This document shows, in pieces, positions 1-11,883 of a stretch of DNA of 64,000 nucleotides (within the stretch, counting starts at the first letter, position 1; each line of letters opens with the position of its first letter). Position numbers and translations under genes: made by a program. The notes under the pieces were generated by a model. It ran no database searches. It saw nothing but the letters and a program-made list of their open reading frames with translations, and was not told the origin of the DNA. The stretch comes from Octopus sinensis (lineage: Eukaryota), in assembly GCF_006345805.1 (NCBI RefSeq), contig NC_043002.1, positions 20,894,001 to 20,958,000 of the forward strand. The letters run 5' to 3'.

Positions 1-61
1 AGACGAAATACTGCTAAGCATTTCGCCCGGCGTGCTAACGTTTCTGCCAGCTCGCCGCCTT

Positions 62-1010
62 TTAAGACCAGCACCGTCTGGCATGTTTCCGCTCAGCCTC
101 CGAGCCTTACAGCGGAGCCTGGATCAATGCAATGCCATCACTCGTAACTGGCGCTCAGCTTCATAACGACTGCCTGAGCGTCGGCGTTTCTCTGAGGCTC
201 GGCCTCCAGATTTGTGTGCCTCATGAATGCTGCTGCGGATCAACTTTGGATTCTTTCGGCCTCTACTGTCATGCTATCATAATGCTGGCAGAAACGTTAG
301 CACGCCGGGCGATATGCTTAGCGTATTTCGTCTGTCTTTACGTTCTGAGTTCAAATTCCGCCAAGGTCGACATTGCCTTTCATCCTTTCGGGGTCGATGA
401 ACTAAGTACCAGTTGCGCACTGAGGTCGATCTAAATGACTGGCCTCCTCCCTCAAAATTTCGGGCCTTGTGCCTAGAGTAGAAAAAAAATAATGCTGGCC
501 ATCTTCCACCCCATGTCACACTTAACAAAATCATAGAGCATGGTCTAGACAACCCAGGCTTCTCTTCTCAACCCGAACCAGCATTGCTAGATCGTCCGAG
601 GGGACGGTAAAAGACTTGGCGTTAATACTGTTTTCCCGTTCCGCGGTGGTAGGCCCTTATTCTAGGATGCCACATACTGTAACACCCTCTCCAGCGGCAA
701 CTTGGTGTGTTCAGCTACCCGCTCAGGCTCTGCCGCTCATCAAACTGAGAAAAGCACACTATCAAGGTATCGCTGACAGGTTCATGGTCGTGTCTGTGAC
801 AGTGGAGACCTCCGGTGTTCTCGGCCCCTCGACCATATCTTTGCTCGCCACCATCGGGGCAGAGAAAGCTGTCCGCAAAGGCAAGTGGTTCGGCAAAAGT
901 AACCGCTAGAGTAAGTATCAAGATTCGTTCCACTAAAATCTCTTCAATGCAGTGCCCCAGCATGGACTCATTCGAACGACTGAAACAAGTAAAAGATGAA
1001 AAATGAAAAA
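62..1010 (+). mobile_element. CRE-like non-LTR retrotransposon 3' fragment (CCHC knuckle + REL endonuclease), degenerate
   Basis: Translates SGAWINAMPS..LRLGLQICVPHECCCGSTLDSFGLYCH, then TLNKII..EP..DGKRLG..FPFRGGRPLF*DAT..GSAAHQTEK..VSVTVETSGVLGP. Contains stops and frameshifts and is interrupted by a SINE. Confidence 0.75.
279..499 (+). mobile_element. tRNA-derived SINE (Meta-like central domain) inserted in the CRE-like element
   Basis: Core gaggtcgactttgcctttcatcctttcggggtcgat. Flanked by an 11-bp direct repeat ATAATGCTGGC at 279-289 and 489-499 (TSD, partly microhomology with the SINE head). Similar copies at ~1-58, 6400-6536, 13105-13320, 25358-25520, 29370-29565, 29995-30200, 34060-34275, 48260-48460, 62330-62710. 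Confidence 0.8.
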
Positions 1011-1676
1011 AACAAAAAGACATAAAAATGTAAAAATTTAAACATAAAAAAATAAAAATGGAAATTCATAAAATGGAAACTTAAAAAATAAATACAAGAA
1101 GAAAGGAAGGAAGGAAGAAAGAAAGAAAGAAAGAAAGACATAAACAGACGTTAAATAAAAATATAGAATAAAAGTTAAAACATAAACGGTAAACTGATAA
1201 ATAGATAAATAAATAAATAAATAAATAAAAGAAGAAAGGAAGGAAAGAAGGAAGGAAGAGAGAAAGAATGGAAATGTGTCTTTCATAAGTTTTGAATGTT
1301 AGACTTGTTTCAGTTGGTTGCTAGTTCATCTGTACCCTACTGTCGAATGAAAGAACTGTATTATTAGACGGCAGTTCAAGGATCAGGTTTCCTCAAAAGG
1401 CTTTTACCATTGCAGACAACGAGAGATCCTCTTCGTGGTCACCTGAACTGCTAGAAATTGCAACCAAATTGCTACCTCAGTCTCAAAATAAATATAGAGA
1501 TAATTATTATGAATGGCCATAAGAATGGCGTTATGGTTGAAGTTCGATTCGCAGCTAGTTGGATTCGGGTTTAGTAAGTGTCTACTACTACGGCCCCGGG
1601 TTGACCAATGACTTGTGAGTAAATTTGGTGGACGGAAATTTTCCGGAAGTCTATCGTGTGTGTGTGTGTGTGTGTG

Positions 1677-1962
1677 TATTAGTCAATGAAATTCCAACTT
1701 AGTCTGATTTTCGTGCTTTATTATTTCCATTTTTTATTATTTTACACTATTGAAAGATAATAGTACTTTCATGCGTTACGCAATCGTCAGGTTTATGTAG
1801 TGACACGCGTGCTCCATAATTGACAACTGGATTAAGCGTCATAATTGTGGGACATTACGACATAAACCTGAATATTGTATAAAGCATGAAAGTACTAGTT
1901 TATTTCAATACTGTAAAATAGTAAAACTTGTAAATAATAAAACGTGAAAATCATTGATTAAT
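1677..1962. mobile_element. Inverted pair of Penelope-like termini, each with a hammerhead motif
   Basis: About 120-bp degenerate inverted arms. The minus arm reads ATAAAC CTGACGA T TGCG TAA CGCA T GAAA GTAC TA; the plus arm reads ATAAAC CTGAATA ... GAAA GTAC TA GTTTAT. Confidence 0.6.
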
Positions 1963-1984
1963 ATATTCTTCTATTCACAATCAT

Positions 1985-2147
1985 ACAAATTCCGATGGCT
2001 GTGTGGTAAGTAGCTTGCTTACCAACCACATGGTTCCGGGTTCAATCCCGCTGCGTGGCACCTTAGGCAAGTGTCTTCTACTATAGCCAGGGGCCGACCA
2101 AACCCTTGTGAGTGGATTAGTAGACGGAAATTGAAAGAAGCCCGTCG

Positions 2148-2231
<84 letters not shown>

Positions 2232-2440
2232 GTATATGTGTGTGTGTGTGTGTGTATGAGTATGTGTATGTTTGTGTGTCTGTGTTTGTCCCCCACCACC
2301 ACTTGACAACCGATGTTGATGTATTCATGTTCCCGTAACTTAGCAGTTCGGCAAAAGCGACCGATAGAATAAGTATTAGGCTTATAAAAGAATAAGTCCC
2401 GGGGCCGAGTTGTTCGATTAGAGGCAGTGCTCCAGCACGA
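1985..2440 (+). mobile_element. CORE-type tRNA-derived SINE (octopus OR-like) with internal (AT/GT)n tract
   Basis: Head ggctgtgtggtaagtagcttgct..ggttcaatccc, CORE-like GGCACCTT(A/G)GGCAAGTGTCTT, an internal microsatellite and a conserved 3' part. Other copies at ~5070-5405(-), 5445-5850(-), 12510-12880(+), 19720-20135(-), 30780-31010(+), 36200-36560(+), 36585-37080(+), 57950-58050, 59880-60090(-). Confidence 0.8.
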
Positions 2441-2948
2441 TATTTAATTACAGTCTGAAATATATTGATAACACCCTTGTCATTGAGTCAGGTGACTCAT
2501 TGCTAATCACTCGGGTGGCTTCCTTTTTTGTGCAGTCAAAAAATACCCATATATACATCAGTTAGATAATTGTCGTTCTGATGAAAGCAATTGAGGCAGA
2601 AACACGTGACTACGACTGTGCTCTTATCTCCAGAAAATAATCCTATTCTTTTCTTCAAGAATTCTTGAAACTTGAGATTTTTCTCCCCTTCTCAAGTAGA
2701 AGGTCGCCATTTAATAATAGAGATAACCAACCAGGAATTTATGTTGTATGGTATTTGATATACTTGTATTTGTCCCATACAACGAAGCCTTATTCCGATG
2801 TGATCTCACGTGCATTGTTATTGTTGCGGTTGCTGTCACTGTTGTTGTTGTTATTACTGCTGTTGCTGTTGTTATTGTTGTTGTCATTGTTGCTGTTGTT
2901 GTTATTGTTATTACTGTTGTTGCTGTTGTTATTGTTGTTGCTGTTGTT

Positions 2949-2981
<33 letters not shown>

Positions 2982-3439
2982 ATTGTTGTTACTATTGTTG
3001 CTGTTGTTATTCTTGTTGCTTTTGTTGTTGTTACTACTGTTGCTGTTGTTGTTGTTGCTATTGTTGTTGTTACTATTGTTGTTGTTACTATTGTTGTTGT
3101 TGTTATTCTTATTGTTGTTATAATTGTCGTTGCCGCTTACCCACTCCCACCCTCACCCACCCCACACCTCAGATCAATCCAGATCGAGCAAATCTATAAT
3201 GAAAGCCGTTCCAGCCGGGACCTTTCTGAATGGTTAGAGATGTCAGGAACTGCATTGTACCTTCCACCCTTCTGGGGTTTTTTTGAGACGAAAAGATGTA
3301 ATTTGAGGGTCATATGGCTATTATTTCTAGAAAACCCAGTGATTGCAAAGAGGATCTCTCGCTGGCTCGTATCATGATAATGTTTTCAAGATAAAATATA
3401 ATCTAAAAGAAGATGTAGTCGTAATTTTTTTATTTATTT

Positions 3440-3741
3440 ATGTGCCCCTTTCAAGCCTAACCAGGCTCATGGGCCCGGTTTCCCGGTTTCTGTGGCGTAT
3501 ATGTTCCCCCCAGCTGGACAGGACGCCAGTCCATCGCAGCGTTACTCAAGAAACAGGAAGAAAGAGTGAGAGAAGGTTGGGGCGAAAGAGTGCAGCAGGG
3601 GTCGTCACGGGCCCCTACCGGAGCCTCGTGAAGCTTAGGTGTTTTCGCTCAATAAACACACACAACGCCCGGTCTGGGAATGGAAACCGCGATCCTCCGA
3701 CCGCGAGTCCGCTGCCCTAACCACTGGGCCATTGCACCTCC
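3440..3741 (-). mobile_element. tRNA-derived SINE with V-domain-like core
   Basis: Head GGAGG(T/C)GCAATGGCCCAGTGGTTAGGGCAGCGGACTCGCGGTCGG..GGTTTCCATTCCC and core GCGATGGACTGGCGTCCTGTCCAG. Further copies at 45174-45473(+) and ~55935-56230(+). Confidence 0.75.
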
Positions 3742-4357
3742 AATCGTAAAATGAAAATCTCAAAAACCTACCAGAAAAGAAAACAACCTCACCCCACCTC
3801 CCAACACAAAATATCAGGTTTTATTATTGATGGTGTTGTTGTTGTTTGTAGTAGTGGTGATGGTGGTGGTGTCGGCGTTCTTATTTTACATTAAATTTTC
3901 TTTCGGAAAAAAAAAAGAAAATTATAATTTTGTTTATTTATTATTTTTTCTTTCGCTTTTTCTTTGTGTTTTGTATCTTTAATAGTCTTTATTTCATTCT
4001 TTTTTTTTTTTAATTTTATTTAGCTTTTTCTTGTTTGAAATTTATCAATGAGAATTTCTGTCTGAAGGTTTCCCATAGTCTCTCTTTTATAACCATCCCA
4101 GACATTCCTTATTCATTCTCTCTGTCTCCCTCTTTGTGTCTGTCATAGCCTTCTCGCTCTCTCTCTCTCTCTCCTCCTCCTCCTCTCTCTTCCACCCCTA
4201 CTAACTCTCACACATACATACATACTCATATATATTTATCTATATATCTATACATATATACATACAAATATATAAACACACACACACACAAACACGCACA
4301 ACATATGCACATATGTGTGTGTACATATATACATATGTGTGTATGTATATATATATG

Positions 4358-4395
<38 letters not shown>

Positions 4396-4448
4396 TATAT
4401 ATGTATAGATATATATGTATAGATATATATATGTATAATATATATATG

Positions 4449-4505
<57 letters not shown>

Positions 4506-4612
4506 AGGATGATCCGGTTCTTGACTGAAGATTGAAGGCTTCGAATGTCCCGTCCGTGTTTTTTGTATCGTCTTCTAAATGTTTTACGTTCTTGTCCCAG
4601 TTTGTTTTTTTC

Positions 4613-4705
<93 letters not shown>

Positions 4706-6064
4706 GTATAATATATATATATATTATATATATATATGTATATATATATATTATATATGTATGTGTGTGTGTTTGTGTGTCTGTGTGCCTGTGTTTGTCC
4801 CCACCATCGCATATATGTGGTCTTTTCTCCTTTATCTGTCCATGATTATTTCCTCCGTTACTCTCGACCCTCAGCGATTTGTAAGACAGTTATTTGATCT
4901 ATCTGTCTTGTTAGCGTCCTTTGTACTTGTCTGTCAATCTCTCTGCCTACCAGGACGCATGAATGTAAGTCTTTATGCCAGTCTGTCTCTCTGACTGTCT
5001 GTCTATCTCTCTCTTTATCTGAATATATATTCCCTTGGTGAGTGCGTGTCACGTATATTTGTGTGTCTCTCTTTACTCTTTTACTCCTTTCCTTGTTTCA
5101 GTCATTTGACAGCTGCCATGCTGGAGCACCGTCTTTAGTCGAGCAAATCGACCCCAGGACATTTTCTTTGTAAGCTTAGTACTTATTCTATTGGTCTGTT
5201 TTGCTGAACCGCTGAGTTACGGGGACGTAAACACACCAGCATCGGTCGTCAAGCAATGTTGGGGGAACAAACAAACACACACATATATATACATATACAT
5301 ATATACGACGGGCTTCTTTCAGTTTCCGTCTACCAAATCCACACACGAAGGTTTGGTCGGCCCGAGGCTATAGTAGAAGACACTTGCCCAAGGTGCCACG
5401 CAAGCTACTTACCACACATCCACTCCTGCGCCTATATCTATTATTATCTTTTACTTATTTCAGTCATTAGATTGCGGCCATACTGGGGCAGCACTTTCAA
5501 AATGTTTTCGTCGAATGAATCGCCCCAGTACCTATATTTGTTTTTAAAGCCTGGTAATTATTCTATCGATATCTTTTGCCTAACCATTGTTACACGGACG
5601 AAAGCACACAAACACCGGTTGTCAAGCCATAATGGCGGACAAACACGGACACAAGCACACAAGCACACACACACACACACAATACATATACGACGGGCTT
5701 CTTACAGTTTCCATCTACCAAAATCCATTCACAAGGCCTTGATTGCTCCGAGGCTATAACAGCAGACACTTGTTCAAGGTGCCACGCAGTGAGATTGAAC
5801 CCAGAGTCATGTGATCGAGAAGCAAACTTCTTACCATACAACCACGCTTGTTGTGCCGTTCGACCGCTGCTTTTCGGGCGATTACGATCCTTGTTGGCAT
5901 GTATGTGTACAATTATGTGCTTTGACTGCAGCATTAGAGTATTTAGCTCTTATTTTTAGCAATGTAAGTGTTTCTAACACCCTCAGTCATATTTAATCAC
6001 AGTTATAGTATTCCTTTTTGGTACGCATTACTTACTGCGCTGCTTAAATCAATAATATATACAT

Positions 6065-6760
6065 AATACGCTCGTCGTCGTCGTTATCATCGTCATTTAA
6101 CGTCCGTTTTCTATCCTGGCATGGATTGGACGATTTAATTCTAGCGAGCCAGCATACTGCGTCAGACACCGATGTCTGCTTTGACAAGGTTTCTACGACT
6201 GGGTGCCCTTCCTAGCGCTGACTACATTACAAGGTGTATTAGGTGCTTTCTTCGTGACACTGTCACCAATGAAGTCACCAAGTAATTCACAAGAGAAAGC
6301 TCTTTAAATGGGTGGGATGTAGCATTGAAGGAGGTGACTTTATGCCAGAGGATGCGAAGCAGAAACAGAGGTCTTGCTGTGATGCGAAGCAGAAACAAAA
6401 GTTTTACCTTTCATCCTTTCGGGGTCGATAAATTGAGTACCAGTTATGCACTGGGGTCGATGTAATTGACTTTATCCCTATGTCTATCCTTGTTTGTCCC
6501 CTCTATGTTTAGCCCCTTGTGGGCAATAAAGAAATAAGAGGTCTTGCTGTAGAAGAGGTACATGGTACCCCAGTTGGGAAGAAAAGAAAACGGTGAGCAT
6601 GTGTAGGAGCGTGCGTTCAAGTTACATGGAGGGGAATATAAGAAGTGCTACATGTGAGTTCGTGAGAATCTGAAAGGAAAGTGGAAGATGCATCGAGATG
6701 GTGGGGGTAGAGGGGAATACAGTGAATGGTCAACAGGGGCGGAGTAGGTTAGTTATTAGA
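6065..6760 (-). mobile_element. Old RTE-type retroposon fragment interrupted by a 5'-truncated SINE
   Basis: Terminus tcatcgtcatttaacgtccgttttctatcctggcatgg is typical of RTE-related 3' ends read in reverse. The SINE at ~6398-6536 is flanked by a 14-bp TSD agaggtcttgctgt (6367-6380, 6537-6550). Confidence 0.45.
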
Positions 6761-6822
6761 AATAAAAGATGTGGGGGAGAATTCGTTTGAAACGGATTGT
6801 GTGCAGAGGTATCGGGGTCGGT

Positions 6823-7160
6823 CGGGACCCCCTTCGTTCACGACACTGACCATGGGATTGCACCTACACCTAGAAAGTTACCCTCCTAGTCACAAGTCTG
6901 GGCAAGGTGGTTTATGGAAGACCAGTAGTCGCCCATGCATACCGGCCTCCCCTCTCCACGCCACCAGTGTTTATCCAAGGGAAAGGCAGCAGCCGATACA
7001 GCTTGCCACCCGTGACGTCGCAACTCATTTCTACAGCTGAGTTAACTGGAGCAACGAGAAATAAAGTGTCTTGCTCAAGAACACAACGCGCAACCAGGTC
7101 CGGGATTCGAGCTCGCAACCTCACGATCGTAAGCTCGACGCTCTAACCACTGAGCCATGT
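6823..7160 (-). mobile_element. tRNA-derived SINE of a further family
   Basis: A box GCTCAGTGGTTAGAGCG, B-box-like GTTGCGAGCTCGAATCCC, then CORE/Deu-like TGTGTTCTTGAGCAAGACACTT..AACTCAGCTGTAGAAATGAGT. Confidence 0.7.
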
Positions 7161-7231
7161 GCAGAGATATAAACATAAATGATACATAAATATACACAGT
7201 CGCGCGCACATGCACACACACACACACACAC

Positions 7232-7303
<72 letters not shown>

Positions 7304-7529
7304 ACACACACACACACACTATTTTATTATTTATACACGACAGAAAGTTATATATGTATATGACTCAAGGGCCGAGAATTTCCTAAATCGCTTTTCATCA
7401 ACATTTGATAAGGGCGCCACAAATGATATATTCGGCCGTTTAGTCACTATTGCAACATTCTGAAGATTAAAATAACACAAGTGTATATACTTATGCATTT
7501 GAGCTCTCCTGTTTATTGTACCCAGACTA

Positions 7530-7865
<336 letters not shown>

Positions 7866-8082
7866 TAAAAGTATATATAAAAGTAATTTTAGAGACAGAA
7901 TCACCTTCAACTCAATCAACACTGAAGGTTTTATACCCACCACTCCATAAAATGTTAAAAATTAAATCTTATACTAACTATATCTATTCTGAATCCTGTA
8001 TTTTCCGCTTGTGACCGCGTGTGTATCGTTGGCGATTTTTTTTCTTCCGTCTTCTCTTCCTTGGATCTTACCTTTTCCTATT

Positions 8083-8115
8083 TTTCTGACGAAGAGCTCC
8101 GCTCGAAACGTTAAA
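8083..8115 (+). ncRNA. Minimal type I hammerhead-like motif in a Penelope-like terminus (~8000-8220)
   Basis: TTT CTGACGA A GAGC TCC GCTC GAAAC GT T AAA. Core intact, 4-bp stem II, loopless palindromic stem III (ACGT), 3-bp stem I. A truncated reverse copy of the terminus lies at ~43095-43195. Confidence 0.55.
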
Positions 8116-8286
8116 TCCTCCTTCTTTCTTTCCTTTCCTGAGCGTCCAATTACACTATACTTGTTCCACGTCCTCGCGTTGTTGTGTTTTCTCTTTGTGT
8201 TTTCATGTTTGGATTAACTATATATATATATTAACAGCAGCAGTAGTAGTATTAGTAGCAGCAACAGCAGCATTTGTAGTATTAGT

Positions 8287-8365
<79 letters not shown>

Positions 8366-8699
8366 CCACCAACAGTTATTTACATCAGTCTTGTTCATCC
8401 GGTATACATTTGTATCGCATAAAGTTTTAAAAGAAAATATTTCTTTTTAAATTCTTTTTTTCGTTGCATTTTAAGGACTTTCTGTTTTGGCACCTGGAAT
8501 GTATTTATATAGTAACTGACCGAAATGTGCCTGCTACATATGATGTATATATGTATATGTACATGCATATATATAAATATAAATATATAAATGTATCTAC
8601 GTGTGTGTTTGTGAATGTTAGGGTGTCCATGTTTGACATATTTGCTGATGTATGTTAAAACTGTATGAAACATTATCTAATGGCTGATTGTGATTAAAA

Positions 8700-8960
8700 G
8701 TTTGCTTGAATATCTTCCGAAATAAGAAGCAGGATACAAGCAAAGCTTCTGACAGAAACACGGGTCGACGATTATTCTCTCACTTCCAGCATGTCCTTTC
8801 TCTCGATGCCATGTTAGCTCTGAAGACCTCTTTATTCTTGAGATTATTTGCCTTTCTCATATGGAGCTGGTCTTCATTGCCATTTGGTGCTTATGATATA
8901 TTCTGCAGAAGTGGTGGAAAAAATTGCAATAAATCAAGAAATTGATTGTATGGTATTTGA
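8700..8960 (-). mobile_element. Penelope-like element ORF 3' remnant (GIY-YIG-side C-terminus)
   Basis: Minus strand reads EYIISTKWQ*RPAPYEKGK, resembling the PLE YxIxW..PYxKGxK C-terminal motif. A related copy lies at ~2570-2760. All frames are stopped. Confidence 0.45.
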
Positions 8961-9070
8961 GACATGATTTTGTCTATGTTGTCCATATATATGCCACAGA
9001 GCACTCTATGTCGGACAGGTACCATTCGGTCCGTGATGTCTTAACATTTTTTTTTCTTTTCAGGTGAAGC

Positions 9071-9913
9071 ATGGCGCTGTGGACGATAGAGCATCGCTTG
9101 TTTGACTACGACAGTTACGTGAAGAATAACGAATCTGTCACATATATATATATACATATATATATATATAAGTTCAGCGTGAGTTTCGGTGCCTCTTCAG
9201 CATTCACGGTAATCAGGCTGTTCCCACCCGTAACACACTCTTACGGTGGGTAAATGCGCTTCGTACACGAGGTACACTAATAAATATGAGACTGGTGAGG
9301 CACCACGAACAGTACCGAACCCCAGAAAATGTGGAACGCATCAGACAATCTTTGATACGGAGTCCAAATCGCTCTGCTCAGATGCATTCCACTGAACTTG
9401 GCATCGGTAACCGATCGGTAAGACGTACGTTGCATGAAGACCTGTATTTCCACCCGTACACACAACCAGGGTATCAGGGTATCAGGGTATCAAGGGGCGT
9501 TCTTCGCCCTCTCTTCGGTGACCGCCTCATTTCCAGGCTTGCTGACATTCCTTGGTCCCCCATCGGTCCCCTCATTTGTCTATGTGTAATTATTTCCTGT
9601 GGGGAAACTTCAAGGCACGTATGTATGCACATAAGTCGCATACATTGGATGATTTGAAGGAAGCTATTCGCGTGGAAGTCGCCCAAATAGGCAGAGCAAT
9701 GCTGGAGAGAGTGGAGGCCAACTTCCAAGAACGTCTTCAGAAATGCATCAGTGAAAACGGACACCACATAATGGATATTGTTGTTTTCCACGCTTGATTT
9801 TGACAAATGCTAACTCAATACGAACACACTGATGTCAACAAAATTTGTTTGCAGCTGAAGATAATGGTTTTGTGAATTTTTCAAAAACGTTCGTCCTCTC
9901 TGTACCACCCTGT
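9071..9913 (+). mobile_element. Tc1/mariner-superfamily transposon, internally deleted, left TIR missing
   Basis: N-terminal HTH MALWTIEHRLFDYDSYVKNNESV..VQREFR..PTRNTLLRWV..RTPENVERIRQSLIRSPNRS..SVRRTLHEDLYFHPY is joined directly to C-terminal W.P.RSP.L..CNYFLWG.FKARMY..TLDDLKEAI. The right end is ..ACCACCCTG/TA. An AT microsatellite splits the ORF. Confidence 0.85.
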
Positions 9914-10696
9914 ATAATACATACATACATACATACATACATACATACATACATACATACATACACACGTACATACATGCATACATACATACATACATAC
10001 ATACATACCTGCACACGCACATACATACACACATACATACCTGCACACGCACATACACACACACATACATACTTACATACACACACATACATACATACAT
10101 GCATACGCATACACATACACACATACATACACACACATACATACATGCATGCATACACACACACACACATACATACATGCATACATACATACATACATAC
10201 ATACATACATACATACATACATACACACACAAACACATACATATATACATACATACGGTACCGACACATTCGCACAAACAAACATATATAACGGATGAGT
10301 CTTGGCGAAGTGCCGCACATATTTACCTTGTGTGGTGTACCAGGTATTTATTCTTTCCATTATTTAACTTCACGCTTATGTCATAGCCCCGAGTGATTTT
10401 TTCACCTCTTTATATTGTCCGTTGAGCATTTTCAGTCGAGTTGAGATGTACTCTGTAGAGTCTTATTGTCATGCGTGCGTGTGTATATGTATGTGATTCT
10501 GTGTGTGTGACTGTGTGTGTGTGTGACTGTGTGTGTGTGTGACTGTGTGTGTGTGTGACTGTGTGTGTGTGTGACTGTGTGTGTGTGTGTGACTGTGTGT
10601 GTATGTGTGTGTATGTTATATATGTGTGTGTGTGAGAGACTGCATATGTGAATACATGCTCGCACAGACGCACATATATACTTGCATTCATGCACA

Positions 10697-10733
<37 letters not shown>

Positions 10734-11334
10734 GCGCGCGCGCTACATACATACAAGACACATTTCGGTCAGTTAAGATATAATACATTCCAGGTGCCAA
10801 ACAGAAAGTCATTAAATAAAAAGAAATCGAAAAATAAAATAAAATAAAATAAAATAAAATAAGATAAAAAAAGAACTCAAAAAAGAATTTTTTTAAAGAA
10901 AATGTTCAAGCTATGCAAATCTACACCGGATGAATGAAACTGATGTAGATAGCTGCTGGTGGTACCGCAACCACCACCACCACCACCACCACCACTACTA
11001 CCCATCACTATTAATCACCACAGCCACCACCATCACCGCACCCACCACCATTGCTGCTACTGCTGCTGCTACTACTACTACTATACTGTCTGAGAGATAC
11101 TGCAATGAAAAACAGCCGTAACAATAAGCTCGATGAAGACAGTGGAGACGGTGACGAGGCTGGAGACTACGACGGTGACTACGACGACGGTGACTACGAC
11201 GACGGTGGCCATGATACTTATGACTACGGCAATGAAAATGTACAGGATGACCAAATGGACGCTGATGATGATGGTGGTAAATTCGGTGATGATGAGGACT
11301 GTTGTTGTTGTGTAAAATCCCCTGGGTCTATGCC

Positions 11335-11883
11335 ATGACATCGCAGACAGACGGTGAAAGACCTAAGTACGAACCCAAAGATATACACACCTTGGTTCTA
11401 TCTGATTTCTTTACTGCCCATAAGGAACTGCACACAGAGGGGGACAAACAAGGACAGACAAACGGATTAAGTCGATTATATCGAACCCGTGCATAACTGG
11501 TACTTATTTAATCGACTCCGAAAGGATGAAAGGCAAAGTCGACCTCGGTGGAATTTGAACTTAGAACGTAACGGCAGACGAAATACCGCTAAGCATTTCG
11601 ACCGGCGTGCTAACGTTTCTTATTTCTTTACTGCCCACAAGGGGCTACACAGAGGGGACAAACAAGGACAGACAAACGGATTAAGTCGATTATATCTACC
11701 CCAGTACGTAACTGGTACTTATTTAATCGACCCCGAAAGGATGAAAGGCAAAGTCGACCTCGGCGGATCGACCCCGAAAGGATGAAAGGCAAAGTCTAAC
11801 CTCGGCGGAATTTGAACTCAGAACATAACGGCAGACGAAATATAGCTACGCATTTCGTCCGGCGTGATAACGTTTCTGCCAGC
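11335..11883 (-). repeat. Tandem head-to-tail array of Meta-like SINE units
   Basis: Repeated cgaccccgaaaggatgaaaggcaaagtcgacctcgg units with tails; 3-4 partial units. Confidence 0.8.

Noticed and set aside
2665-3377. Poly-Leu, poly-Cys and poly-Val ORFs (also 18300-19178, 31081-31350, 42002-42432, 52497-53039)
   Set aside because: Translations of stop-free trinucleotide microsatellites, open in several frames at once.
4505-4560. CTGAAGA..GAAT GTC hammerhead-like motif (also 22570-22610 and 25040-25075)
   Set aside because: Lacks GAAA and a convincing stem I; probably decayed PLE-type termini, so not called as ribozymes.
7105-7160. tRNA-like sequences with A/B boxes (also at 3690-3741, 45174-45245, 55935-56005)
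   Set aside because: Each runs directly into a SINE body and cannot form a complete cloverleaf acceptor stem; they are SINE heads, not tRNA genes.
8783-8902. Apparent minus-strand exon with good acceptor (cttctgcag) and donor (gtgaga)
   Set aside because: All three frames are stopped, and the sequence resembles a Penelope-like ORF C-terminus with a second copy at ~2640-2760.
9810-10812. HT/YI/CV/MY-rich ORFs (dozens across the window)
   Set aside because: Translations of (AC)n, (AT)n and (ATAC)n microsatellites.
11051-11338. Asp/Gly/Tyr-rich acidic ORF
   Set aside because: Degenerate (GAC/GAT)n repeat between other trinucleotide tracts; no splice sites or partner exons.
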